Assembly: GCA_016719395.1 (NCBI GenBank)
Contig: JADJZF010000003.1
Location: forward strand, 303,391-327,390
DNA: 24,000 nt
Direction of reading: 5' to 3'
DNA from: Candidatus Amarobacter glycogenicus
GTDB lineage: Bacteria > Chloroflexota > Dehalococcoidia > Tepidiformales > Tepidiformaceae
The notes below the pieces were generated by a model. That model saw nothing but the letters and a program-made list of their open reading frames with translations. It made no database searches and was not told the DNA's origin. Every line of letters starts with the position of its first letter. Within the stretch, counting starts at the first letter, position 1. The translations under genes and the position numbers were made by a program. Shown here in pieces: positions 1 through 8,936 of this stretch.

Positions 1-2
1 AG

Positions 3-569
3 GTAGCCGATTCGCTCACGTTCCAGGAGGACATCGCCGAGCTGATGGTGAAGATGCGTGAGTGCCCGCAACCGCTCATCGCCGCGGTCAACGGCCCTGC
101 GACCGGGGGCGGTCTTTCGATCGCCATCGCCTCGGACATGCGTATCGGGACAGAGCACGCGCGGTTTGCTTGTTCGTACCTCAATCTCGGTCTTGGTGGC
201 GCCGATGTCGGCTCGTCGTACTTTCTGCCCAAGCTCGTCGGTGCCTCCCACGCGGCGGACATGCTCTATTCCGGCCGGATCGTCGATGCACCCGAGGCCA
301 GAGAGATGGGCTTGCTCTCACGAATCGTCGGGCAGGAGGAGCTCCTCCCGGCGGCGTTGGGCGTCGCAGACGGCATCCTGCGCAAGGCGAGCCCGCTCGG
401 CCTCCGGCTCACGAAGCAGGTGCTCAACGAGACCGTGAACGGCATACCGCTCGAAACCGCCCTGAAGCTCGAAAACCGGAACCAGATCCTCGCCTCCCAG
501 ACCGCAGACGCCGCCGAGGCCCGCCAGGCCTGGTTCGAAAAGCGAGAGCCGCAGTGGCGCGACGCCTGA
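3..569 (+). CDS. enoyl-CoA hydratase/isomerase (crotonase) family protein, 5' end outside window
   Basis: The frame is open from nt 3. The translation ...PLIAAVNGPATGGGLSIAIASDMRIG...YFLPKLVG... is the typical crotonase oxyanion-hole region. Stop TGA at 567-569. Confidence 0.85.
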   Translation, partial: VADSLTFQEDIAELMVKMRECPQPLIAAVNGPATGGGLSIAIASDMRIGTEHARFACSYLNLGLGGADVGSSYFLPKLVGASHAADMLYSGRIVDAPEAREMGLLSRIVGQEELLPAALGVADGILRKASPLGLRLTKQVLNETVNGIPLETALKLENRNQILASQTADAAEARQAWFEKREPQWRDA

Positions 570-697
570 GGCCTGGCCGCGAGGGAGCCGCTTGCACCGT
601 CCAATAAGGGTGACCCCGGCGCCCGAACGGGCCGGCCCGTGACATCGTGGTCACCTGTACGAAGGGGTAGTTGCGAAGAAATAGTCGCCTTCGCGGA

Positions 698-718
698 TTG
701 TTCGCTTCATGCGAACTA
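698..718. promoter_or_regulatory. near-perfect palindrome TTGTTCGC-N5-GCGAACTA upstream of the MFS gene (candidate repressor operator)
   Basis: Read directly: inverted arms at 698-705 and 711-718, with a perfect 6-bp core GTTCGC/GCGAAC. It lies 47 nt upstream of the ATG at 765. Confidence 0.3.
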
Positions 719-731
719 TGTAGTCTCGTCG

Positions 732-754
732 CACCTCCTCCCGAATTGGAGGTG
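732..754 (+). promoter_or_regulatory. hairpin pairing CACCTCC with the GGAGGTG Shine-Dalgarno of the MFS gene
   Basis: CACCTCC (732-738) is the exact reverse complement of GGAGGTG (748-754), with a 9-nt loop. The 3' arm is the ribosome-binding site, 10 nt before the ATG at 765. Confidence 0.3.
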
Positions 755-764
755 AGGAGACCTC

Positions 765-2441
765 ATGCAGCCTGCCGGCCCCGAAACACCCCTCAGCGAC
801 ACCCTTGATAGCCGGCAGAAGTGGCTCCTCCTCGGTAGCTTGATGACGTGCCTGTTCGTGGGCGCGCTCGATCAGACCGTAGTTTCCACGGCGACGCCGA
901 AGATCCTCGCCGACCTCGGCGGATTCGCAATGATCTCGTGGCTTTTCACCAGCTACATGCTGAGTTCCACGGTGGTCATCCCACTCGTCGGCAAGCTCGG
1001 TGACATCTACGGCCGCAAATTCTTCCTGATTGGCGGCGTTGGCATCTTCATGGTGTCCTCGGCGGCCTGCGGCGCCTCCACCTCCATGCCCATGCTGATC
1101 TGGATGCGGGTTATCCAGGGCTTCGGCGGCGGCATGATCTTCGCTTCGGTGTTCGCGACGATGGGGGACCTCTTCGCTCCCGCCGAGCGAGGGAAGTACG
1201 TCGGCCTTTTCACGGGCATGTTCAGCCTTGCCAGCCTGTTGGGGCCGACTGTCGGCGGCACACTGACGGACCACTTGAGCTGGCGCTGGGTCTTCTTTGT
1301 CAACGTGCCGGTGAGCCTGATCGCGATGCCGGCCATCTGGTTCAACCTGCCATCGAAGGCGCGCCACCTCCAGCCCAAGCTCGACTTCGTTGGGGCGGCA
1401 CTGCTTTCGGCGGCCTCCGTCATGGTGCTGCTGGCACTCGTCTGGGCCGGGGATAAGTACGCCTGGGGTTCGACCGAGATCCTTGGGCTCTTCGGCGGCG
1501 CAGCTCTATTGCTTGCCGGGTTCATCATCCAGGAGTTGCGGCACCCCGAGCCCATACTGCCGCTTCACCTGTTCAAGAACGGCGTCTTCCTGATGTCGAA
1601 CCTGATTGTGTTCACGTTCGGGATGGGAGTCTTCGGCGCGTTCCAGTACCTCGGCATTTTCATCCAAACGGCACTGGAGGCTTCGGCGACGACGTCAGGC
1701 GTCATCTCCACGCCCCAGAGCCTCGGTGTCCTCGCGACCAGTATCTTCGGTGGCCAGGTGATCGCCCGCGTTGGGCGGTACAAATGGCAGACAGTCTTCG
1801 GCACCCTGCTCATCGCGGTTTCGTTGGCGATGCTGACGACGATCGCGCTGGACACGAAGCTCTGGCACATCAGCGTGACGATGTTCATCCTCGGACTTGG
1901 GTTCGGGCTGGTCCTGCCGACGATGTCGCTCGTGGTCCAGAACGCCGTCAGTTACCAGTACATCGGCGTCGCGAGTTCTTCCAGCCAGTTCTTCCGCCAG
2001 ATCGGCAGCGTCCTCGGCATCGCCATCTTCGGCTCCATCCTGGCGAACACCTACCACGATGAGTTCGCCGAACGCTTCTCGGCGGAAGACCGTGCCGCCG
2101 TCGCAGCGGTGAACCCGGCCTTTGTGGAGGCGCTGGACGACCCCACGATCCGGCTGAACGAACGCCAATACGCCGCCATCGAACAACAAGTAGGCTCGTT
2201 GCCTGACGGCGCCGCGATCCTGGAGCGCGCTGAACTGGCCCTCGGTGAGAGCGTCGTGGTCGCCGTGCGGCGCATCTTCTACGGCGCCGTGTTAGCCGCC
2301 ATCGCCTGTGCGCTGTGCGCCATCTTCATGAAGGAACTGCCGCTCCGGAAGACGGTCTCCGGCGGACCAGCGGGGCCACAGCCCGGGGGCGCGCCTGCAG
2401 TTGCTGCGCCGGAGCCGAATCCGGGCGCAGTGGGCCACTAG
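765..2441 (+). CDS. MFS transporter, DHA2 (EmrB/QacA-like, 14-TMS) drug/proton antiporter family
   Basis: 558-aa ORF with many hydrophobic helices. It has the MFS motif-A-like LVGKLGDIYGRKFFLIGG, the length and layout of DHA2 exporters, and a strong SD GGAGGTGAGGAG upstream. Confidence 0.85.
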   Translation: MQPAGPETPLSDTLDSRQKWLLLGSLMTCLFVGALDQTVVSTATPKILADLGGFAMISWLFTSYMLSSTVVIPLVGKLGDIYGRKFFLIGGVGIFMVSSAACGASTSMPMLIWMRVIQGFGGGMIFASVFATMGDLFAPAERGKYVGLFTGMFSLASLLGPTVGGTLTDHLSWRWVFFVNVPVSLIAMPAIWFNLPSKARHLQPKLDFVGAALLSAASVMVLLALVWAGDKYAWGSTEILGLFGGAALLLAGFIIQELRHPEPILPLHLFKNGVFLMSNLIVFTFGMGVFGAFQYLGIFIQTALEASATTSGVISTPQSLGVLATSIFGGQVIARVGRYKWQTVFGTLLIAVSLAMLTTIALDTKLWHISVTMFILGLGFGLVLPTMSLVVQNAVSYQYIGVASSSSQFFRQIGSVLGIAIFGSILANTYHDEFAERFSAEDRAAVAAVNPAFVEALDDPTIRLNERQYAAIEQQVGSLPDGAAILERAELALGESVVVAVRRIFYGAVLAAIACALCAIFMKELPLRKTVSGGPAGPQPGGAPAVAAPEPNPGAVGH

Positions 2442-2461
2442 AACCAGCCGAACAAAACGAA

Positions 2462-2489
2462 AGCGCCCCGGCCGTGCGGCCGGGGCGCT
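2462..2489. terminator. intrinsic terminator between convergent MFS gene and rplS
   Basis: Perfect 12-bp GC-rich stem AGCGCCCCGGCC / GGCCGGGGCGCT with loop GTGC. On the minus-strand RNA it is followed by UUCGUUUUGUU, so it fits rplS best. Confidence 0.7.
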
Positions 2490-2517
2490 CTCAATGTGAA
2501 TCACCAGGATGCGCAGA

Positions 2518-2865
2518 TTAGAAGCGCTTCTCCTTGATGCGGGCGGCCTTACCCGTGAGGCCGCGGAGGTAATACAGGTTCTTGCGGCGAACCTTGCCGC
2601 GCCGCATCACCTCGACTTTGTCGACGCGCGGGCTGTTCATCGGGAACGTGCGCTCGACACCAACCCCGCTCGCGATCTTGCGGACCGTGAAATTGGAGAC
2701 GAGGCCCTTCATCCGCTTGCGGATGACGACCCCTTCGAAGACCTGGATGCGCTCTTTGTCGCCTTCGACGACCTTTGCGTGGACGCGGACGGTGTCGCCG
2801 CTGCCAAAATCCGGAATATCAGAGCGCTGGCCGGTGAGGGCGAGCGCATCGAGTTCGTAAGCCAT
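2518..2865 (-). CDS. rplS: 50S ribosomal protein L19
   Basis: The translation [51 protein letters not shown]...RRAKLYYLR-like tail is unmistakable L19. The internal ATG at 2865 was chosen over the ORF-track start at 2985. Confidence 0.95.
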   Translation of the reverse strand: MAYELDALALTGQRSDIPDFGSGDTVRVHAKVVEGDKERIQVFEGVVIRKRMKGLVSNFTVRKIASGVGVERTFPMNSPRVDKVEVMRRGKVRRKNLYYLRGLTGKAARIKEKRF

Positions 2866-2950
2866 GAGAAGCCAACCTTTGAGGGCGTAACTTGCTAACG
2901 ATAGCGGATCGCCGTTTATGTTCCACTGCGGCAAAGGCCCCGCGTTCGCT

Positions 2951-3385
2951 TCAGCGCCCGGTACTCCCGTGCCCGCCGGCCCCACGGATCGTCTCCGAGA
3001 GCACCAGCGCCTGCTCGAAGGCGATCTCCGCCAGCCTCGTGACTACGAGCTGGGCGATCCGGTCGCCATGCTGGACCGTGTGGGAAATGTCGGGCGCGAC
3101 CGAGTACAACGTGATCATGATTTCGCCGCGGTAGTCCGAATCGAGCGTGCCGAAAGTCGAAAGAATGCCCTGCCGCGCCAGTCCGCTGCGCGGACGGAAC
3201 TGGGCATCCAGCCCCGGTGGCACTTCCATCGCGAGGCCGGTGGGTATGACGACCGGGCGTTGCCCGATGACGACGGGGCCGCCTTCGAGGCAGGCGTGAA
3301 TGTCGTAGCCCGAGGCCTGTTCCGTCGCCCGGAAAGGGAGACGTGCGCCTGGCCGAAGAAGTTGGACGCGAATGGTCTCAAGCAT
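2951..3385 (-). CDS. dut: dUTP diphosphatase (dUTPase)
   Basis: Contains ...[12 protein letters not shown]..., [11 protein letters not shown] and [11 protein letters not shown], which are the trimeric dUTPase motifs. The start is uncertain: ATG at 3385 or TTG at 3421. Confidence 0.88.
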   Translation of the reverse strand: MLETIRVQLLRPGARLPFRATEQASGYDIHACLEGGPVVIGQRPVVIPTGLAMEVPPGLDAQFRPRSGLARQGILSTFGTLDSDYRGEIMITLYSVAPDISHTVQHGDRIAQLVVTRLAEIAFEQALVLSETIRGAGGHGSTGR

Positions 3386-3434
3386 GGACGACAGGATGCG
3401 CCGCCGGAGGAGGGTGGGCAATCCCGGCTGCCAG

Positions 3435-3471
3435 TTGACTGGTTATGCAAGCGTAGCCACTATGTGGCTAC
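3435..3471 (+). promoter_or_regulatory. candidate vapBC promoter (TTGACT -35) with overlapping operator palindrome GTAGCCAC-TAT-GTGGCTAC
   Basis: TTGACT at 3435-3440. A perfect 8-bp inverted repeat at 3453-3471 covers the expected -10 position, 23 nt upstream of the antitoxin GTG at 3494. Confidence 0.4.
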
Positions 3472-3493
3472 TTTCTTTTCGGAGCTTGGCCGG

Positions 3494-3778
3494 GTGAGGA
3501 CTATCGGCGTCCGTCAACTCAAGAACGAGGCAACCCAGATTGTCCGGACGGTGAAGGAACAGCATGCGCTGTACGTAATCACCGTGAACGGCCAACCGGT
3601 GGCCACCCTGCGGCCATACTCAGACCGTGACATCGCCGGGATGGAGCGCGGGCAAGCCGTTTCCGAACTCCAGGCCATCGAACGCCTGGCGAGCGCCGTC
3701 GGCGAGGCATGGCTGGATGCCGGGTCCGCCGGCGACGGAGAGGAACCCGCGCCGGCCCGCGCGCGGAGGGAGGGCTGA
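3494..3778 (+). CDS. type II antitoxin, Phd/YefM family (partner of VapC)
   Basis: GTG start in frame. The N-terminus VRTIGVRQLKNEATQIVRTVKEQHALYVITVNGQPVATLRPY is the typical Phd/YefM fold signature. Its stop lies 2 nt before the toxin start. Confidence 0.8.
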   Translation: MRTIGVRQLKNEATQIVRTVKEQHALYVITVNGQPVATLRPYSDRDIAGMERGQAVSELQAIERLASAVGEAWLDAGSAGDGEEPAPARARREG

Positions 3779-3780
3779 CC

Positions 3781-4191
3781 GTGGCCACCATCGACTCGAG
3801 TGTCCTTATCTCTCTCTTCAACAGCCGCGACCGGTCGCACGCCCAGACGGTCGCCTGGTTCCGGGAGGCAGTCGCCGACGGCGAACCACTTCGGGCCCCG
3901 GTCACCGCACTCGCCGAAGTTTCGGCCGCCATCGCCGCCGGCACCGGGGAGAAGCAACTCGCCCGGGATGTTGAGACCCACGTCCAGCATTCACCGCTGT
4001 TTGAACTCCTCCCCATCGCACTGCCCCTGGCCGACCGGGCGGCGACACTCGCGGCAGAACACCAGCTGCGGGGGAGTGACGCGATCTACTTTGCGGTCGC
4101 GGAGACGCTCGGCGACACACTCGTAACCCTGAACCCCCGCCAGCTGCAGCGGGGAAGCGCCGTCGTCGAAACACAGCGCCCGAGGGTATAG
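3781..4191 (+). CDS. vapC: type II toxin VapC, PIN-domain ribonuclease
   Basis: GTG at 3781. VATIDSSVLISLF (Asp5), an acidic E around residue 46, and RGSDAIYFAVA (Asp100) follow the PIN pattern. About 136 aa and tightly coupled to the upstream antitoxin. Confidence 0.82.
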   Translation: MATIDSSVLISLFNSRDRSHAQTVAWFREAVADGEPLRAPVTALAEVSAAIAAGTGEKQLARDVETHVQHSPLFELLPIALPLADRAATLAAEHQLRGSDAIYFAVAETLGDTLVTLNPRQLQRGSAVVETQRPRV

Positions 4192-4193
4192 GC

Positions 4194-4946
4194 CTACCTG
4201 AACAGGTCACGCTCGCTATCGCGGATGATCGATTGCATCGTCGCGGTCTCGTCGCGCTCCCAGGGCAGGCCACGGACCACCGCCGCGGGGACGCGTGAGA
4301 GGTTGCCCTTCACGAGTTCGGCTGCGCCCGCCACTTCGTCCGCGGTGCAGAGCGCCTGGACGCGGAACTCATGCCCATGCGGGTCGACCTGACCGATGTA
4401 GCTGAGGATGGGTTGCATGCCGGCGATGCCGATGGCGATGTCCGTTTGTGCTTCCCGCCAGGGCCGCCCAAACGTGTCTGAAATGATGACCGCGACATCG
4501 AGGCCGCGCATTTTCAACTCGGCTCGGACTTTCGCGCAGGATGCGTCCGGGTCGACCGGCAGCAGCACGGCGAGCCCGTGCCCGCCTGAACTCGACTGAT
4601 CGATCCCGGCATTGGCGCAGATGAAGCCGTGGCGCGTCTCCGTGATCATGATCGGGCCGACCTGGCGCACCACACGCCGCGACTCCTGGAGCACCAACTC
4701 GACGACGGCGGCGTCTTTCTCGGTGCGTTCGGCATATTGCTGAGCGAAGGGTGAGACGGCCACGTCTTCCAGCCGGACGACACGGCCTTCAGCCTTCGAA
4801 ACGATCTTCGAGGTAATCACGAGGATGTCACCGGAGGTGAGCGGTGTGCCCGAGGCCGTAGCGGCATCGAAGATGGATGCCGCGAGGTCCGTCCCGGCCG
4901 TGATTTCCGGGAGCCCGTGGATCCCGAAGATAGAAAGTCCTGCCAT
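4194..4946 (-). CDS. cofE: coenzyme F420-0:L-glutamate ligase (CofE/FbiB N-domain family)
   Basis: GDILVITSKIVSKAEGR, ICANAGIDQSS and ISDTFGRPWREAQTDIAIG match the CofE family. The ATG at 4946 is preceded by AAGGAG. Confidence 0.85.
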   Translation of the reverse strand: MAGLSIFGIHGLPEITAGTDLAASIFDAATASGTPLTSGDILVITSKIVSKAEGRVVRLEDVAVSPFAQQYAERTEKDAAVVELVLQESRRVVRQVGPIMITETRHGFICANAGIDQSSSGGHGLAVLLPVDPDASCAKVRAELKMRGLDVAVIISDTFGRPWREAQTDIAIGIAGMQPILSYIGQVDPHGHEFRVQALCTADEVAGAAELVKGNLSRVPAAVVRGLPWERDETATMQSIIRDSERDLFR

Positions 4947-4986
4947 GGCGAGCTCCTTGTTCCGTCCCGGCGAATGGCGAGCTCCT

Positions 4987-5637
4987 TTAGAGCCCAACGA
5001 TGCGGATTGAAGACTGGGTCTTGTGCTTTCGGTTCAGGTTAATGAGGAGTGACGTCAGCATCTCGACGTAACGGCTCTGAGAGGGCCCGCCGGCATCGAT
5101 CCCGCGGACGCCCTCGATCTGGTTGGCCAACCCGATGACCAACTGCTTCGCTTCGGCATCGCGGCCGCAGACCAGGACATCGGCCTCGATCTGGTGATCG
5201 AGATGTTGCAGCTCCTCGGCGCTCATGTTCTGGAAAGCCGAGACGACGCGGCTAGCGGGCAGCTGCGCGATGGCTTCCTGGAGCGCGCTGCTGCCGGCGA
5301 CGTTGAGCGCGACCGCGCCGACCCCCTGCTGGAACTCCAGGGGAGCGACCACGTTGCAGACGAGTTTGCCTGCGAGGGCGCCCGAAAGCGCGTCCAGCGT
5401 CGCCTGCTGTCCGCTGTAGGGAAAGGTGAGAAAGACGACATCGGCATCGCCAACAACTGAAGCGTTATCGCCGCCCGAGGCGACGGCGCCAGGCACGGTT
5501 TCGCGGATCCGCTCGGCGCCCTCTTCACCGCGCTCAGCCGAACGCGAACCGATAGCGACTTCGTGGCCGGCCTTCGCAAAGCGCATGGCGAGCCCGAGGC
5601 CCTCCGGGCCAGTACCGCCGACAAACGCAAGCTTCAT
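4987..5637 (-). CDS. npdG: NADPH-dependent F420 reductase
   Basis: MKLAFVGGTGPEGLGLAMRFAKAGHEVAIGSRS is a Rossmann N-terminus. The 216-aa length and the C-terminal ...NLNRKHK... resemble NpdG/Fno. It lies directly upstream of cofE on the same strand. Confidence 0.82.
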   Translation of the reverse strand: MKLAFVGGTGPEGLGLAMRFAKAGHEVAIGSRSAERGEEGAERIRETVPGAVASGGDNASVVGDADVVFLTFPYSGQQATLDALSGALAGKLVCNVVAPLEFQQGVGAVALNVAGSSALQEAIAQLPASRVVSAFQNMSAEELQHLDHQIEADVLVCGRDAEAKQLVIGLANQIEGVRGIDAGGPSQSRYVEMLTSLLINLNRKHKTQSSIRIVGL

Positions 5638-5931
5638 GTGGACTCCATTGGGGCAGATATCGGGTAAAGCCTACCCGGCTTCCGGCTGCCGGGCGATGGC
5701 CCGGGACGCGCCTCGGATCTGGGGGAATTTCCGGGGGAGAACGCGGGCGACACCCTGCGGCGATCGGCCCGCGCGGGCGTTATTACTGGGGAGAGCGTTG
5801 CCGGCGTTCGGAGGGGACGGCAGGCCGTATAGGCCCGCTTACCCTTCGGTCAAGGTAAGGCTGGATCGGTCTGCTATACTCGAAACATAGGACGCGGACT
5901 TCCCCAACCCGCGATCCCGGAGTGCGCTGCA

Positions 5932-7935
5932 TTGTATTCCCGCTGGATTCGCAACAGTTTCATCTATCTCCTCATCCTCGTGGCGGTCATCGCCATCGTT
6001 TTCGCCTTCTTCAACAGCGGTCCGGATCACGCCAAGATTGCCTTCGGCCAGGTCATCCAGGACGCCCAGGCGAACCAGATTCAGCAGATCGAAGTCGACG
6101 GACGGAACCTGACCGTCACCTACGCCACCAAGGGTGACGACGACAAGCCGATCGTCAAGAGCTCGAAGATGGGCTCGAATACCGATATCGAGACGCTGCT
6201 CACGGAAAACGGTGTGGCCCTCAGCCGCGACCAGGCCCCGACACAGCCCGCGTTGGACCTCGAGTACAAGGACTCCTCGGGCTTTGGCCCATGGCTGGGC
6301 CTGCTCCTGAACGTCCTCCCCTTCTTGCTCTTCGGCCTCTTCCTCCTGCTCATCATGAGGCAGGCACAGGGCTCGAACTCCCAGGCAATGAGCTTCGGCA
6401 AGAGCCGCGCACGCCTGTTCACCGGCAGTAAGGTCACGGTCACGTTCTCGGACGTCGCCGGTGTGGATGAAGCGAAGGAAGAACTGGCCGAAGTGGTCGA
6501 GTTCCTGAAGTACCCGGAGAAGTTCGCGGCGCTTGGCGCCCGCATCCCGAAGGGCGTGCTCCTCGTGGGCCCTCCCGGCACCGGCAAGACGCTCCTCTCG
6601 CGCGCGGTCGCGGGCGAAGCGGGTGTCCCCTTCTTCAGCATTTCCGGTTCGGAATTCGTCGAGATGTTCGTCGGCGTCGGCGCCAGCCGTGTTCGCGACC
6701 TATTCGACCAGGCAAAGAAGAACGCGCCGTGCATTGTGTTCGTCGACGAAATTGACGCCGTCGGACGCCAGCGCGGCGCTGGTCTGGGCGGCAGCCACGA
6801 CGAGCGCGAACAGACCCTCAACCAGATTCTGGTCGAAATGGACGGGTTCGATACGGGGACGAATGTCATCGTCATCGCCGCCACGAACCGGCCCGACATC
6901 CTCGACCCGGCGCTCCTCCGTCCGGGACGCTTCGACCGCAAGGTCATCCTCGATGCGCCCGATGTGAAGGGACGCGAAGCCATCCTCGCCGTCCATGCCA
7001 AAGGCAAGCCGATCGCCGATGACGTCCTCGTTCCGACGTTGGCGAAGTCGACCCCTGGCTTCAGCGGCGCCGACCTGGCCAACCTCGTGAACGAAGCGGC
7101 CATCCTCGCGGCGCGGCGCAACAAGAAGATCATCACCATGAAGGAGTTCGAGGAGGCGGTTGACCGCGTCATCGCCGGCCCGGAACGGAAGAGCCGCGTG
7201 ATGTCACCCAAGGAGAAGCGCCTCACCGCTTACCACGAAGGCGGCCACACGGTCTGCGCCTTCTTCCTCGATCATCACGACCCGCCCCACAAGGTGACCA
7301 TCGTGTCTCGCGGAATGGCCGGCGGTTACACCCGCTTCCTCCCGGACGAAGAGACCCACTACCGCACGCCGAGCATGTTCAAAGACCAGCTCGTCAGCGC
7401 GCTCGGCGGACATGCGGCGGAGGAGCTTATCTTCGGTGAAGCATCCACAGGCCCTTCGAACGACATCGAACAGGTGACACGGATCGCCCGTGCGATGGTG
7501 ACTCGCTGGGGCATGAGCGACCGCCTCGGGCCGCGGACTTTCGGCAAGACCGAGGAGATGGTCTTCCTGGGACGCGAAATCGCCGAGACCCGCAACTACA
7601 GCGAGAAGATCGCCGAAGAGATCGACGATGAAGTTCGCCGGCTCATCGAGGAAGCCCAGGAACGTGCCCGGCAGATGCTGCGCGATAAGCGGGACATCCT
7701 CGAAAAGCTGGTCAACGTCCTGATGGAAGTGGAGACGCTTGAGGGCGAAACCCTGACGCGGCTGCTCTCGAGCGACCCGAAGGAGCCCTGGCCACCAACC
7801 GACCTGGAATCGAAGAACCAGGCTCCGCCGCCCCCGGCCGCTGAAGAGCAGCCGCGGCGCCCAGCCTTCGAGCCGAAGCCGGCAGCCGGTCTCGCCTGGG
7901 AAGGTGGGAGCCAGAGCCGGACTGACGCCAGCTAA
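5932..7935 (+). CDS. ftsH: ATP-dependent zinc metalloprotease FtsH
   Basis: Walker A GPPGTGKT, Walker [10 protein letters not shown], the SRH region, and the HEGGH zinc motif (AYHEGGHTV). N-terminal TM helices. TTG start at 5932. Confidence 0.95.
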   Translation: MYSRWIRNSFIYLLILVAVIAIVFAFFNSGPDHAKIAFGQVIQDAQANQIQQIEVDGRNLTVTYATKGDDDKPIVKSSKMGSNTDIETLLTENGVALSRDQAPTQPALDLEYKDSSGFGPWLGLLLNVLPFLLFGLFLLLIMRQAQGSNSQAMSFGKSRARLFTGSKVTVTFSDVAGVDEAKEELAEVVEFLKYPEKFAALGARIPKGVLLVGPPGTGKTLLSRAVAGEAGVPFFSISGSEFVEMFVGVGASRVRDLFDQAKKNAPCIVFVDEIDAVGRQRGAGLGGSHDEREQTLNQILVEMDGFDTGTNVIVIAATNRPDILDPALLRPGRFDRKVILDAPDVKGREAILAVHAKGKPIADDVLVPTLAKSTPGFSGADLANLVNEAAILAARRNKKIITMKEFEEAVDRVIAGPERKSRVMSPKEKRLTAYHEGGHTVCAFFLDHHDPPHKVTIVSRGMAGGYTRFLPDEETHYRTPSMFKDQLVSALGGHAAEELIFGEASTGPSNDIEQVTRIARAMVTRWGMSDRLGPRTFGKTEEMVFLGREIAETRNYSEKIAEEIDDEVRRLIEEAQERARQMLRDKRDILEKLVNVLMEVETLEGETLTRLLSSDPKEPWPPTDLESKNQAPPPPAAEEQPRRPAFEPKPAAGLAWEGGSQSRTDAS

Positions 7936-8062
7936 CACCGCCCACACCCGCGTAGCCGCGGGAGCAACCCCAGCCGAAGCCCGGGAACGGCTCCGTTATT
8001 GACGGAACCGGACTCGGGTTTCAGACTGGAAAGACCGTCCACGGAATTCCCGGGAGATCAGT

Positions 8063-8374
8063 ATGGAAGCGATCGTACGCGCCGATGGGCGCCAACTGCG
8101 CCTTGCAGAGGGGCAAGAATTTGAGATCAGCCGCGTTGCGGGTGAACCTGGGGACACGGTGGACCTCGATGTGATGATGGTGCTCGATGGCGCCAGCGTG
8201 ACCGTCGGCACTCCACTCGTATCCGGGGCTTTGGTGAAAGCGCGCATTACCCAGCACGGCCGCGCTCCGAAGCTCGTCTTCATGAAGTACAAGAACAAGG
8301 TGCGTTACCGCCGCAAGTTCGGGCACCGCCAGCAAGTGACTCGGCTCGTCGTCGAGTCCATCTCGAAGGGTTAG
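8063..8374 (+). CDS. rplU: 50S ribosomal protein L21
   Basis: [18 protein letters not shown]...[16 protein letters not shown] is typical L21. The SD GGGAG lies upstream. Confidence 0.95.
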   Translation: MEAIVRADGRQLRLAEGQEFEISRVAGEPGDTVDLDVMMVLDGASVTVGTPLVSGALVKARITQHGRAPKLVFMKYKNKVRYRRKFGHRQQVTRLVVESISKG

Positions 8375-8379
8375 GCCAG

Positions 8380-8649
8380 ATGGCTCACAAGAAGGGCGTT
8401 TCGAGTTCCAAGAACGGCCGCGACAGCCAGAGCCAACGGCTCGGTGTGAAGCACTTCGATGGCGAAGTGGTGAAGCCCGGTTCGATCATCCTTCGCCAGC
8501 GGGGGACGCGGTTCCACCCGGGCCTGAACGTCGGCCTCGGCCGCGACTACACCATCTACTCGTTGATCGATGGGCAAGTGAAGTTCGAGCCCTATGCCAA
8601 GGGCAGGCGCAAGAAGATCAGTGTCTACGCGGCCGCAGGCCAGGAGTAA
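8380..8649 (+). CDS. rpmA: 50S ribosomal protein L27
   Basis: [24 protein letters not shown]...[12 protein letters not shown] is canonical L27. Confidence 0.95.
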   Translation: MAHKKGVSSSKNGRDSQSQRLGVKHFDGEVVKPGSIILRQRGTRFHPGLNVGLGRDYTIYSLIDGQVKFEPYAKGRRKKISVYAAAGQE

Positions 8650-8654
8650 GGACG

Positions 8655-8861
8655 ATGAAGGCGGGACTCCACCCCAACTATCAGGAAGCCACCATCCATT
8701 GCTCGTGCGGCAATGAGATTAAGACCCGGTCGACCAAGACGGCGATGCACCTGGACGTCTGCAACATGTGCCACCCGTTCTTCACGGGCGAGCAGCGCAT
8801 CATCGACACGGCGGGCCGCGTCGAACGCTTCAACCGCCGTTTCAACCGCAGCGGAAACTAG
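8655..8861 (+). CDS. rpmE: 50S ribosomal protein L31 (Cys-containing, zinc-ribbon type)
   Basis: [21 protein letters not shown]...[12 protein letters not shown] is canonical L31 type A. Confidence 0.95.
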   Translation: MKAGLHPNYQEATIHCSCGNEIKTRSTKTAMHLDVCNMCHPFFTGEQRIIDTAGRVERFNRRFNRSGN

Positions 8862-8885
8862 CCAGAACAGAGGCAACACCAAGAG

Positions 8886-8910
8886 GGGCGCCCACAGGGC
8901 GCCCTTTCTG
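8886..8910 (+). terminator. intrinsic terminator after rpmE
   Basis: 8-bp stem GGGCGCCC (8886-8893) / GGGCGCCC (8897-8904), 3-nt loop, followed by TTTCTGTCTT. Confidence 0.7.
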
Positions 8911-8936
8911 TCTTCACTCAGCCCAGCCGTCCGGCG

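Noticed and set aside
651-1367. 238-aa ORF antisense to the MFS transporter gene
   Set aside because: Its Arg/His/Asp-rich low-complexity translation is typical of open antisense frames in GC-rich DNA. The opposite strand encodes a clear MFS protein with a strong SD.
2833-2844. 12-mer GGTGAGGGCGAG shared between rplS and dnaE2 (21581-21592), resembling the reverse complement of the GCCCTCACC repeat block
   Set aside because: Both copies lie in well-conserved coding sequence with no flanking similarity. This is most likely chance in GC-rich DNA.
5638-5931. 294-nt GC-rich spacer between npdG and ftsH, examined for a riboswitch, sRNA or tRNA
   Set aside because: I found only short 5-6-bp stems and a TATACT hexamer at 5874-5879. 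There is no cloverleaf and no riboswitch core that I can recognise by eye.
6120-7947. Two long minus-strand ORFs (368 and 247 aa) opposite ftsH
   Set aside because: They have no recognisable motifs and a biased Arg/Ser/Pro composition. ftsH on the plus strand is unambiguous.
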